64,000 bases of DNA, taken from the NCBI GenBank assembly GCA_963758035.1, contig CAVWTW010000008.1, positions 34,917 through 98,916 of the forward strand, written 5' to 3'. Each line of letters starts with the position of its first letter. Positions within the stretch are counted from its first letter, which is position 1. The translations under genes and the position numbers were made by a program. This document shows positions 37,982 through 45,919 of this stretch, piece by piece. The stretch comes from an uncultured Actinomycetota bacterium. GTDB lineage: Bacteria > Actinomycetota > Thermoleophilia > Solirubrobacterales > Solirubrobacteraceae. The notes below the pieces were generated by a model that was not told where the DNA came from, did no database searches, and saw nothing but the letters and a program-made list of their open reading frames with translations.

Positions 37982-39054
37982 TGCGTCCGGAGGCCCAGCA
38001 CGCCTGGGAGGACACCTACGCCACCGATGCGCTTGGTCGGCCGCTGCCGCCCCGGTTTCACCGTCTGGTCATGCTCGACGTGACCCGCACGCCGGCGCCC
38101 GCGGACGTGGTGGTGCTCGAGCAATCGCTGCGCCGGCTCGAGCATCGCCACTCCCATGGCCCTGACGGCCTGCTCACGCTGCTCGGGTGGGGACCGGGAT
38201 ATTTCGCACGCCACACCGAGATCGCCGCCCCTGTCAGCCGGCCGTTGCCCATGGCCCGCGGGGAGCACGCCGCGCTCCAGGACATCGACGCATGCCTGCA
38301 TCTGGCCTCTGACGACGAGGATCGGCTCGACGACACGCTGGCGCTGCTCTGGGGGTACGACCGGCACCCCCTGCGGGTACGTGAGATCCGCACCGGTCTC
38401 GTCGGCGCTGGGCTGCTCGCGCGCGTCGCCGGCGCGCCGGTCCCGGTGGACTCGCCGCTCCTGCTGGGCTTTCACTCCGGACTGCGCCGCAACCAGGCCA
38501 CCGAAGCTGAGATCACGATTCCCGACGGCCCGCTGGCCGGCGGCACCACGATGCACGTCTCGCGCATCAACCTCGACCTCGACAGCTGGTATCAGCAGGA
38601 CCGGGCGCGCCGTACCGCGCTGATGTACGCGCCCACGGTCACACCGCGTCAGGCGGCGCACTTCTCTGACGACGCACCTGCCGACTTCGAGCACCTGCCG
38701 GCGACCGCGCGCCGATACGGGGTCGTGGGCCACGCCCAGGCCGCTGCGCGCGCCCGGCTGGATGGGCGCCCACGGATCAACCGCCGCGATTTCGTAACCT
38801 TCGATGACGGCATTCCGGGCACCCATTTCGTTTCGCTCCAGCGCACTCTGGAGGACTTCAACGCCACGCGGGCGGTGATGAATGCCGCCGACGGACAGCA
38901 CCATCACCCGGCGGTCGCCGTGCGTGCCAACAACGGCATCAACGCGTTCATGGAGGTGGTGAGCCGGGCGACGTTCGCGGTACCGCCGCGGGCTCGGCGT
39001 GCCTACCCGGGACAGCGGTTCACCGCCGCCGCCCAGGCGTCACGGACGGCGTGA
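37981..39054 (+). CDS. DyP-type peroxidase-like protein (non-canonical distal motif)
   Basis: DyP-like blocks: LTLLGWGPGYF, DACLHLASDDEDRL, GTTMHVSRINLDLDSWY, GHAQAAAR (proximal His region), INRRDF...GTHFVSLQR. The GxxDG motif reads GFHSG. ATG overlaps the previous stop (TGATG). Confidence 0.5.
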   Translation: MRPEAQHAWEDTYATDALGRPLPPRFHRLVMLDVTRTPAPADVVVLEQSLRRLEHRHSHGPDGLLTLLGWGPGYFARHTEIAAPVSRPLPMARGEHAALQDIDACLHLASDDEDRLDDTLALLWGYDRHPLRVREIRTGLVGAGLLARVAGAPVPVDSPLLLGFHSGLRRNQATEAEITIPDGPLAGGTTMHVSRINLDLDSWYQQDRARRTALMYAPTVTPRQAAHFSDDAPADFEHLPATARRYGVVGHAQAAARARLDGRPRINRRDFVTFDDGIPGTHFVSLQRTLEDFNATRAVMNAADGQHHHPAVAVRANNGINAFMEVVSRATFAVPPRARRAYPGQRFTAAAQASRTA

Positions 39055-40043
39055 CGATGACACTGTCACTGGCAACGCCACTGTGTGACCTGCTGGGGGT
39101 TGACGTGCCGATCGTGCAGGCACCCATCGGCGGTGCCACGTGCCCCGAGCTGGCGGCCGCGGTGTCGGGCGCCGGCGCGCTCGGGACCCTCGCGTTGACC
39201 TGGACGGCGCCGGACGTGTGTGCCGACCGGATCCGCCGCACGCGGGCCCTGACCAGCCGCCCGTTCGCCGTCAACCTCGTGCTGGAGTGGGATCACCGCG
39301 AGCGGATCGAGGTCTGCTCCCTCGAGGGAGTGCCTGTCATCTCCACCTTCTGGGGGGATCCCGCTCCCCACGTCGACCCCATCCACGACGCCGGAGCGCT
39401 CCACATCCACAGCGTCGGCTCGGTCGCCGAGGCGGTGGGCGCGGCCGAGGCGGGCGTCGACGTCATCGTCGCCCAGGGCGTGGAGGCCGGAGGCCACGTG
39501 CGCGGGACGACGTCCACGCTCGCCCTGGTGCCGGCGGTCGTCGATGCGGTCGGCCGCGTCCCCGTCGTCGCGGCGGGTGGGATCGCAGACGCCCGCGGAG
39601 TGGTGGCGGCGCTGGCCCTGGGTGCTCAGGCCGCGTGGATCGGGACCCGGTTTCTCCTCGCCGCCGAGGCCAACGTGCACGCCGCGTACCGCAGCCGTCT
39701 GCTTGCGGCGCAGGCGGACGACGCGGTCCACACCGAGGCGTTCGACGGGGGCTGGCCGCGTGCGCCCCACCGGGTCCTGCGCAACGCCACCCTCACCGCG
39801 TGGGAGGCCGCCGGGCGTCCTGCGGCGCCGGATCGGCCCGGTGAGGGGGAGATCGTGGCCACCGCGCCCAACGGGTCCGGGCTGAGGCGCTACCACATGG
39901 CCATGCCGCAGTCCGGCACGCAGGGAGACGTGGAGGTGATGGCGCTGTATGCCGGACAGGGGGTTGGCCTGGCGCCGGCGTGCCTGCCGGCGGCCGACAT
40001 CGTCACCGAGCTTCGTGACGGAGCGCGCCGGCTGATCGGCTGA
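39051..40043 (+). CDS. nitronate monooxygenase (NMO/2-nitropropane dioxygenase family)
   Basis: LLGVDVPIVQAPIGGAT...GALGTLA...VIVAQGVEAGGHVRG...VVAAGGIADARG are FMN TIM-barrel NMO motifs. Confidence 0.9.
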   Translation: MTMTLSLATPLCDLLGVDVPIVQAPIGGATCPELAAAVSGAGALGTLALTWTAPDVCADRIRRTRALTSRPFAVNLVLEWDHRERIEVCSLEGVPVISTFWGDPAPHVDPIHDAGALHIHSVGSVAEAVGAAEAGVDVIVAQGVEAGGHVRGTTSTLALVPAVVDAVGRVPVVAAGGIADARGVVAALALGAQAAWIGTRFLLAAEANVHAAYRSRLLAAQADDAVHTEAFDGGWPRAPHRVLRNATLTAWEAAGRPAAPDRPGEGEIVATAPNGSGLRRYHMAMPQSGTQGDVEVMALYAGQGVGLAPACLPAADIVTELRDGARRLIG

Positions 40044-40079
40044 CACCCACGACCCCTACCGGACCTTCGGAATGAGGCG

Positions 40080-40541
40080 ATGATCGAACTGCGGTACGAG
40101 ATGACCTACGAGGAGACGATCGCCGGGCCGCTGGGATCGACCAGCGGCTCGCCGTTGGGTGAGCGCCTGTGCTGGGAGGTCGTGACGGCGCGGCTGCACG
40201 GAGAGCGGATCGACGCCACGCTGGCGATGTCCGGCGTCGATCTCATGCGTGTGAGCCCCGATGGGGTGCGCCGCCCTGACCTGCGCGCCCAGCTTGTCAC
40301 CGACGACGGTGAGCTCGTTCTCTTTCGCTACGACGTCGGGGTCATCCGGGCCACGCCACGCTTCCTCACCGCCCTGGAGGCGGGCGAGGCCACCGAGTTC
40401 GACGACCAGTACATGCGCATGGCGCCGGAGTTCGAGGTCGGAGCCGACCGGTACGCGTGGCTGCGCGAGAACCTTTTCATCGGCCGCGGCCGACTGACGG
40501 GCCCCCGCGCGATCACCTACGAGATCTACCGCGTCCAGTAG
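40080..40541 (+). CDS. DUF3237 (UPF0311) protein
   Basis: 153-aa beta-barrel-like protein; GERLCWEVV.ARLHGERIDA...GVDLMRVSPDG...YDVGVIR...YMRMAPEFE matches the DUF3237 pattern. Confidence 0.75.
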   Translation: MIELRYEMTYEETIAGPLGSTSGSPLGERLCWEVVTARLHGERIDATLAMSGVDLMRVSPDGVRRPDLRAQLVTDDGELVLFRYDVGVIRATPRFLTALEAGEATEFDDQYMRMAPEFEVGADRYAWLRENLFIGRGRLTGPRAITYEIYRVQ

Positions 40542-40552
40542 CCCGGATCGGA

Positions 40553-40579
40553 TGTCACACGTGCCGGCCCTACGTCGTC
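40553..40579 (+). promoter_or_regulatory. ECF41-type promoter TGTCACA-N16-CGTC upstream of the CMD-sigma operon
   Basis: TGTCACA lies at 40553..40559, an exact 16-nt spacer (CGTGCCGGCCCTACGT) follows, and CGTC lies at 40576..40579, 37 nt before the CMD ATG. This equals the published ECF41 target consensus as I recall it. Confidence 0.75.
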
Positions 40580-40616
40580 CCCCAAGTGAACGCCCCGCAC
40601 ACAGGAGACCATTGCC

Positions 40617-41111
40617 ATGACCCCCACCATTCCCGCCCACCGGCTGCAGCTCGCCGAGGTCGCCGGCCGGCAGTACGGCGCCATGTTCCGCTTCTCTCAC
40701 TCGGTGGAGCTGGACCATGGGCTGCGTGCCCTCATCGAGCTGCGCGCCTCGCAGATCAACGGGTGCGCATTCTGTCTGGACATGCACTGGAAGGACGCCC
40801 GAGCCGCCGGCGAGACCGAGGAGCGCCTCTACATGCTCAGCGCGTGGCGCGAGAGCGCCCTCTACAGTGACCGCGAGCGCGCTGCGCTGGCGCTCTGCGA
40901 GGCGATGACCGAGATCGCCGGCCGTGGCGTTTCCGATGCGGTCTGGGACCAGGCCGCCGCCGCGTTCACCGACGACGAGCTCGCCCAGGTCGTGTACGCG
41001 ATCGCGGTCATCAACACGTGGAACCGCCTCCAGATCACCACGCAGGTGGAGCCGGGCCATTACTACCCGGGCATGTTCGACACCCCCGCGAGCGTCGGGA
41101 ATGGTCGATAG
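40617..41111 (+). CDS. carboxymuconolactone decarboxylase (AhpD-like) family protein
   Basis: LIELRASQINGCAFCLDMH (CxxC) and LSAWRES.LYSDRERAALA are the CMD/AhpD core. Confidence 0.88.
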   Translation: MTPTIPAHRLQLAEVAGRQYGAMFRFSHSVELDHGLRALIELRASQINGCAFCLDMHWKDARAAGETEERLYMLSAWRESALYSDRERAALALCEAMTEIAGRGVSDAVWDQAAAAFTDDELAQVVYAIAVINTWNRLQITTQVEPGHYYPGMFDTPASVGNGR

Positions 41112-41979
41112 CCGGCACACGGCGGCCGAGTTCGACCGCCTCCGTCCTTACCTGCTGAGGGTCGCCTACAGCCACCTCGGCAGTCTCAGCGAGGCCGAGG
41201 ATCTCGTCCAGGAGGCGTGGCTGCGGCTCAACCGCGCCGACCGAGGCGAGATCAGGGATCTCCGGGCGTGGCTGACGACCGTCGTCAGTCGCCTCGCGCT
41301 CGACGCCCTGACCTCCGCGCGGGCGCGCCGGGAGCAGTACGTGGGCCCGTGGCTCCCCGAGCCGCTCGTCGAGGCGGCCGATGACAGCGACGACCCGGCG
41401 CGCCGTGCCGACCTCGACGAGGACGTGAGCATGGCGATGCTCATCGTGCTCGAGTCGCTCTCGCCGGCCGAGCGCGGGGCCTTCCTGCTGCATGATGTGT
41501 TCGGCTACTCGTTTGACGAGGTGGCGCGTATCGTGAGCCGCACGCCCGCGGCCACGCGCAAGTTGGCGGGGCGTGCGCGTTCCGCGGTCGAGGCCCGGCG
41601 CCCGCGTTACCCGGCACGCGGCGAGGAGCAGCGCAAGATTGTCGAGGCCTTCCTCGATGCCGCCCAAAACGGCGATCTTGCCGGCCTGGTCGAGCTCATG
41701 GACCCGTCGGTGACGTTCCGCAGTGACGGCGGCGGCACCGTGCCCGCCGCGCGCACGGTCTTCACCGGTCCCGAGCGCGTCGCCCGCATCTTCACCGCCA
41801 TGCGAGGCCACTACCGCGATCGATTCACGGGCTCGGTGGTCACGATCAACGGGGCGCCGGGCCTGCTGATGGAGATCGGGGACGGCCCGAGCGTCATCAC
41901 CATGACGATCGACCACGGGCGGATCACCACGGTCGACGTCATGCGCAATCCGGACAAGCTCACCACGATCGGGCGATAG
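41101..41979 (+). CDS. sigJ: ECF sigma factor, group ECF41 (SigJ-like) with fused SnoaL-like C-terminal domain
   Basis: ATG 41101 overlaps the CMD gene by 11 nt. Sigma2 (EDLVQEAWLRL) and sigma4 (SFDEVARIV) regions, plus the three ECF41 extension motifs WLPEP, DGGG and NPDKL. Confidence 0.9.
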   Translation: MVDSRHTAAEFDRLRPYLLRVAYSHLGSLSEAEDLVQEAWLRLNRADRGEIRDLRAWLTTVVSRLALDALTSARARREQYVGPWLPEPLVEAADDSDDPARRADLDEDVSMAMLIVLESLSPAERGAFLLHDVFGYSFDEVARIVSRTPAATRKLAGRARSAVEARRPRYPARGEEQRKIVEAFLDAAQNGDLAGLVELMDPSVTFRSDGGGTVPAARTVFTGPERVARIFTAMRGHYRDRFTGSVVTINGAPGLLMEIGDGPSVITMTIDHGRITTVDVMRNPDKLTTIGR

Positions 41980-42010
41980 GCAGCGCCACGCGACCTGGCA
42001 ACATGGGCGT

Positions 42011-43645
42011 GTGGCGCACGTGGCGGTGTCGGGGCTCGCTTATGCACATCCGGGCGGAGACCTGCTGTTCTTCGACGTCTCCTTCCGGGTCTCGCCCGGC
42101 CAGCACGTCGGGCTGGTGGGCCGCAACGGCGTGGGCAAGAGCACGCTGCTGAAGATCCTGGCCGGCGCCCTCACGGCCGGCGAGGGCGAGCACGCGGTCG
42201 GGGGCACCGTGGGATACATGTCCCAGGACGTCGGCGTGGGCGACGACGAGCGCACCGTGCGCAGGCTCCTGCTCTCGCTGGCACCCCTCGCTCTCCGCCA
42301 GGCGGGCGAGAGCATGCTGGAGCTCGAGGACGCACTCGCGGCAGGTGACCCGTCGGCGGGGATCAGGCTGGGCGAGGCGATTGCGGACTGGTCGGCGCTC
42401 GGCGGCTATGAGCTGGAGGGTCATTGGGACGCGTCGTGCCGGCGCATCGTGCGTGCGTCGTTTGACGAGATCGCCGAGCGGCCCGCCCGCACCCTCTCGG
42501 GCGGAGAACGCAAGCAACTGGTCCTCGACGTGCTCTTCGCATCCGACGCCGATGTCCTCCTGCTCGATGAGCCCGACAACTTCCTCGACATCCCGGCCAA
42601 GCTGGAGCTCGAGCAGCGGGTCCGCTCGTCCAAGAAGACGATCGTGATGATCTCCCATGACCGCGCCGTGCTGGCCGGCGCGCCCGGCGCCATCGTGACC
42701 CTGGAGGGCAACGGCGCCTGGGTGCACGGTGAGTCCTATGCCACCTATGCCCAGGCGCGCGAGGACCGCCAGAAGCGGCTCGGCGATGCGGTCAAACGCT
42801 GGAACGAGGAGGAGCGCCGGCTGTTTCGTCTCATGAAGACGTTCAAGGAGCGCGCCCGCTATTACCCGTCCTGGGCCAAGCGCGCCGACGCGATGGAGAC
42901 TCGCTGGAACCGGTTCCGCGCCGCCGGCCCGCCACCGCCGCCGGTGGCCGACCAGGCCATCACCGTGCGCATCCGCGGCAGCGACTCGGCTCGGATCGTG
43001 CTGGGCCTGCGCTCACTCCAGATCGCGGATCTCGTCTCGGCCTTCTCCGAGGAGATCCACTTCGGCGAGCGCGTCGGCGTGATCGGGCCCAACGGCTCGG
43101 GCAAGAGCGCGCTCATGCAGGTGCTCGCAGGGGGCCGGGAGCCCGACGGCGGCGAGCTGCGCATCGGCCCGCGCGTCTCCACGGGCTACTTCACCCAGCT
43201 GCAGTCGCGCGCTGACTTCGCCGGCCAGATCGTCCTGGACATCGTGCTCCGGCAGCGCGGCGAGCTGCAGGCGGCGATGGGGGCGCTGGCCCGCTACGGG
43301 CTTGCCGAGGCGGCGCGTCGCCCCTACGACGTGCTCAGCGGTGGCGAGAAGGCGCGGCTCGAGGTGCTGATCCTCGAGCTGGAGGGCCACAATCTGCTGC
43401 TGCTCGACGAGCCGACCGACAACCTCGACACCGACTCGTCCGAGGCGCTGGAGCACGCCCTCGACGGCTTCGTGGGGACGGTGGTGGCCGTCTCGCACGA
43501 CCGCGCCTTCCTGTCCACGCTGGACCGCTTCCTGATGGTGCTGCACGACGGCGGGGTGCTGTCGTTCCCGGCCTACGAGCCGGCGCTCGACGCGCTCATC
43601 GATCCCGCGCACGCGGCCGACGTCCGGCTCGCGAAGCTTCTCTAG
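42011..43645 (+). CDS. ABC-F family ATPase (two ABC domains, no TM domain)
   Basis: Two Walker A motifs (GRNGVGKST, GPNGSGKSA), two signatures (LSGGERKQ, LSGGEKAR) and a roughly 80-aa charged interdomain linker. Confidence 0.9.
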   Translation: MAHVAVSGLAYAHPGGDLLFFDVSFRVSPGQHVGLVGRNGVGKSTLLKILAGALTAGEGEHAVGGTVGYMSQDVGVGDDERTVRRLLLSLAPLALRQAGESMLELEDALAAGDPSAGIRLGEAIADWSALGGYELEGHWDASCRRIVRASFDEIAERPARTLSGGERKQLVLDVLFASDADVLLLDEPDNFLDIPAKLELEQRVRSSKKTIVMISHDRAVLAGAPGAIVTLEGNGAWVHGESYATYAQAREDRQKRLGDAVKRWNEEERRLFRLMKTFKERARYYPSWAKRADAMETRWNRFRAAGPPPPPVADQAITVRIRGSDSARIVLGLRSLQIADLVSAFSEEIHFGERVGVIGPNGSGKSALMQVLAGGREPDGGELRIGPRVSTGYFTQLQSRADFAGQIVLDIVLRQRGELQAAMGALARYGLAEAARRPYDVLSGGEKARLEVLILELEGHNLLLLDEPTDNLDTDSSEALEHALDGFVGTVVAVSHDRAFLSTLDRFLMVLHDGGVLSFPAYEPALDALIDPAHAADVRLAKLL

Positions 43646-44022
43646 ACCGAGCCGGCCGTCAGCTCATAGTGCATCGTGCGGTACCGGCTGAGCCGGTGGA
43701 TCACCGGCACCACCACCGCATGCAGCACGCGATGGCGGCGTGCCAGCGCCCGGGCCGCGACCTTCGCCTCAGCGCCCTCCAGCAGGGTGGCCTGGGCCTC
43801 GAGGGCCGGCCCGGTGGCCGCGCCCCTCACCGTGGCCGGCGCGACCATGACGTTGGGGTTGCGGCGCAGCCGCTTGGTCTTCCACGCCTTGTCGTAGGAG
43901 CGGAAGAAGGCACGGTCGCCGTCAAAAGCGAGGCTGACCGCGGTGTCGACCGGGCTGCCGTCGCGCTTGTAGGTGGTCAAGAGAACGGTCTTCGTGTTCT
44001 TCAGGGATGAAAGGGTGCTCAT
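43642..44022 (-). CDS. PPOX-class probable F420-dependent oxidoreductase (Rv2061-like)
   Basis: I start at MSTLSSLKNTKTVLLTTYKRDGSPVDTAV (ATG 44022, AAGGAG upstream). KTKRLRRNPNVMVAP is typical of the family. The longer track ORF is an extension into the intergenic region. Confidence 0.75.
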   Translation of the reverse strand: MSTLSSLKNTKTVLLTTYKRDGSPVDTAVSLAFDGDRAFFRSYDKAWKTKRLRRNPNVMVAPATVRGAATGPALEAQATLLEGAEAKVAARALARRHRVLHAVVVPVIHRLSRYRTMHYELTAGSV

Positions 44023-44085
44023 CGGGTCTCCTTCTCGCATGCCGCGTCTTGTGACAGGCTCTGAGACGACACAGGACCGTGGGGC

Positions 44086-44994
44086 GTGACAGCCATGAGC
44101 GAGGAATTGCGCCCACTGATGTTCGCGCTTGCCTACCGAATGGTGGGAGGCGTGTCCGATGCCGAGGATCTCGTCCAGGAGGCCTACCTCCGGATGCAGC
44201 AGGCCCTGGCCAGGGGGACGGAGGTGGACGCGCCCAAGGCGTACCTCACCACGGTCGTCACCCGGCTGGCGATCGATCACCTGCGCTCGGCGCGCGTCCG
44301 GCGCGAGACCTATCCGGGACCGTGGATGCCCGAGCCGGTGGTGGAGCGTCTCGACGAGGCGCCGGCCGACAGCGCGGAGTTGAGCGAATCGCTCTCGATC
44401 GCCTATCTGGTCCTACTGGAGCAGCTCTCGGCGACGGAGCGCGCCGTCTTTCTCCTGCACGACGTGTTCGGGTACCGGTTCGAGGAGATTGCCGCCATCG
44501 TGGACCGAAGCGAGGCCGGCTGCCGCCAGATCGCGGTGCGGGCCCGCCGCCGGCTCGAGCCCGACCGGCCGCACCTGGACAGGGACCCGCGCCGGCGCAT
44601 CCAGATCGCCGAGCAGTTCCTCACCGCTTTCCGCGACGGCGACATCGATGCACTGCTGCACCTCGTCGCCGAGGACGCCGTGTTCGTGGGCGATGGAGGG
44701 GGCAAGGCGGCCGCGCTGCCCGAGCCGATCCACGGACGCGACCGCGTCGTCCATCTGGTCCGGGCCTTCGCCAACCAGAACCGGCGTCTGAACCTGCACT
44801 TCGAGCTGGCGCTGGTCAACGCCCAGCCCGGCGCTGTCGTCCGCGACCTCGACGACCTCGTCGTCACCGTCCTCGCCTTCGACATCGTGGGCGGCTACGT
44901 GCAGACGATCCGCTCGATCGTCAACCCCGACAAGATCGGCCACCTCGGGGCGGTGAGCCCGTTGACGCGGCGCCGCGAGGGGCTCGAGGGGTAA
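44086..44994 (+). CDS. ECF sigma factor, group ECF41 (second SigJ-like paralogue)
   Basis: EDLVQEAYLRM, then WMPEP, DGGGK and NPDKI extension motifs. Start at GTG 44086 or ATG 44095. Confidence 0.9.
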   Translation: MTAMSEELRPLMFALAYRMVGGVSDAEDLVQEAYLRMQQALARGTEVDAPKAYLTTVVTRLAIDHLRSARVRRETYPGPWMPEPVVERLDEAPADSAELSESLSIAYLVLLEQLSATERAVFLLHDVFGYRFEEIAAIVDRSEAGCRQIAVRARRRLEPDRPHLDRDPRRRIQIAEQFLTAFRDGDIDALLHLVAEDAVFVGDGGGKAAALPEPIHGRDRVVHLVRAFANQNRRLNLHFELALVNAQPGAVVRDLDDLVVTVLAFDIVGGYVQTIRSIVNPDKIGHLGAVSPLTRRREGLEG

Positions 44995-45043
44995 CCGGCG
45001 CTCGCTCACCGGTCGGCAACATCATCGCCCCGCCCCCCGAGTA

Positions 45044-45076
45044 GCGGCCCCGCCCCTCGTGAGGGAACGGGGCCGC
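45044..45076 (+). terminator. GC hairpin after the second ECF41 gene
   Basis: GCGGCCCCG...CGGGGCCGC with an inner CCCTC/GAGGG pairing. Weak or absent U tract. Confidence 0.4.
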
Positions 45077-45273
45077 GGAGCCCGGCGGCAGGGTGCTGCG
45101 CCCCCAACTACGGCTTGACTTGATACTGCACGCCACCCGGCCCTTGGTGACCAGGATGTGGTCGAGGACTTGGCTTGGCCTCGGCGGTGAATCCCCGGGG
45201 GACGCGCACGCCGCCCGGGACAAGCTTGGAACCTTTCGGGAAGGTCCCCCAAATACGGGCGTTAGTACTCGAT

Positions 45274-45813
45274 ATGACCAATCGGACCGGGATGATCACC
45301 CGCGGGCGCACGCGCCCGCGGACATACACAGTCGTGCTCCTCGCCGCGATTGCGGCAGCAGCGTTGGCGCTGGCGGGCTGCGGCTCGTCCAGCCCATCGG
45401 GTGGAGACTCATCGCATCTGAGCAAGCTCATCGCGGGCAGCCTCCAGCAGCATCCGGGGTTCGCCGTGCGCTCGGTGCACTGCCCCGCGAGCTTCAAGCA
45501 GGACAAGGGCGTCGTCGTCCACTGCAGCGCGACGCTGACGAGCGGCGAGGTCGACCGGGTGCGCGCGACGCAGACTGACGGCAGCGGGACCTACGACATC
45601 GTCGGCAGCCTCATCTTCGCTGACAACGTCGAGCGCGCGGTCCAGGGCAACCTGCCCGGCTCGCCGACGGGCGCTCACGTCGCCTGCCCCAATCGGGTCC
45701 CCGTGGTGATCGGCCACAGCTTCACCTGCCAGGTGTCCGGCGCGGGCTCCGCTACCAAGGCCCTGATCACGATCGTCGACGACGACGGGGGGTTCCGCAT
45801 GTCCTTCTCCTGA
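45274..45813 (+). CDS. DUF4333 lipoprotein (two DUF4333-like repeats)
   Basis: ATG 45274; signal peptide plus lipobox LALAGCGSS. Two repeats of the form V.CP....G....C.........V...DG (VHCPASFKQDKGVVVHCSA...; VACPNRVPVVIGHSFTCQV...DDDGGF). Confidence 0.75.
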   Translation: MTNRTGMITRGRTRPRTYTVVLLAAIAAAALALAGCGSSSPSGGDSSHLSKLIAGSLQQHPGFAVRSVHCPASFKQDKGVVVHCSATLTSGEVDRVRATQTDGSGTYDIVGSLIFADNVERAVQGNLPGSPTGAHVACPNRVPVVIGHSFTCQVSGAGSATKALITIVDDDGGFRMSFS

Positions 45814-45919
45814 TCCGGGTAGTGCCGTCCAAACGCCTGCCGGTGCATAATGCGCCGAGTTTCTGAGCGACGGCGACCGAGGAGATCGAGATGGGTGCGA
45901 AGCGGGGGGCGGTGGACCG

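Noticed and set aside
44030-44056. TGTCACA on the minus strand upstream of the PPOX gene, considered as a second ECF41 promoter.
   Set aside because: Only the -35 half matches. After a 16-nt spacer the sequence is AAGG (the ribosome-binding site), not CGTC. I kept it as a caveat inside a finding and did not call it as a feature.
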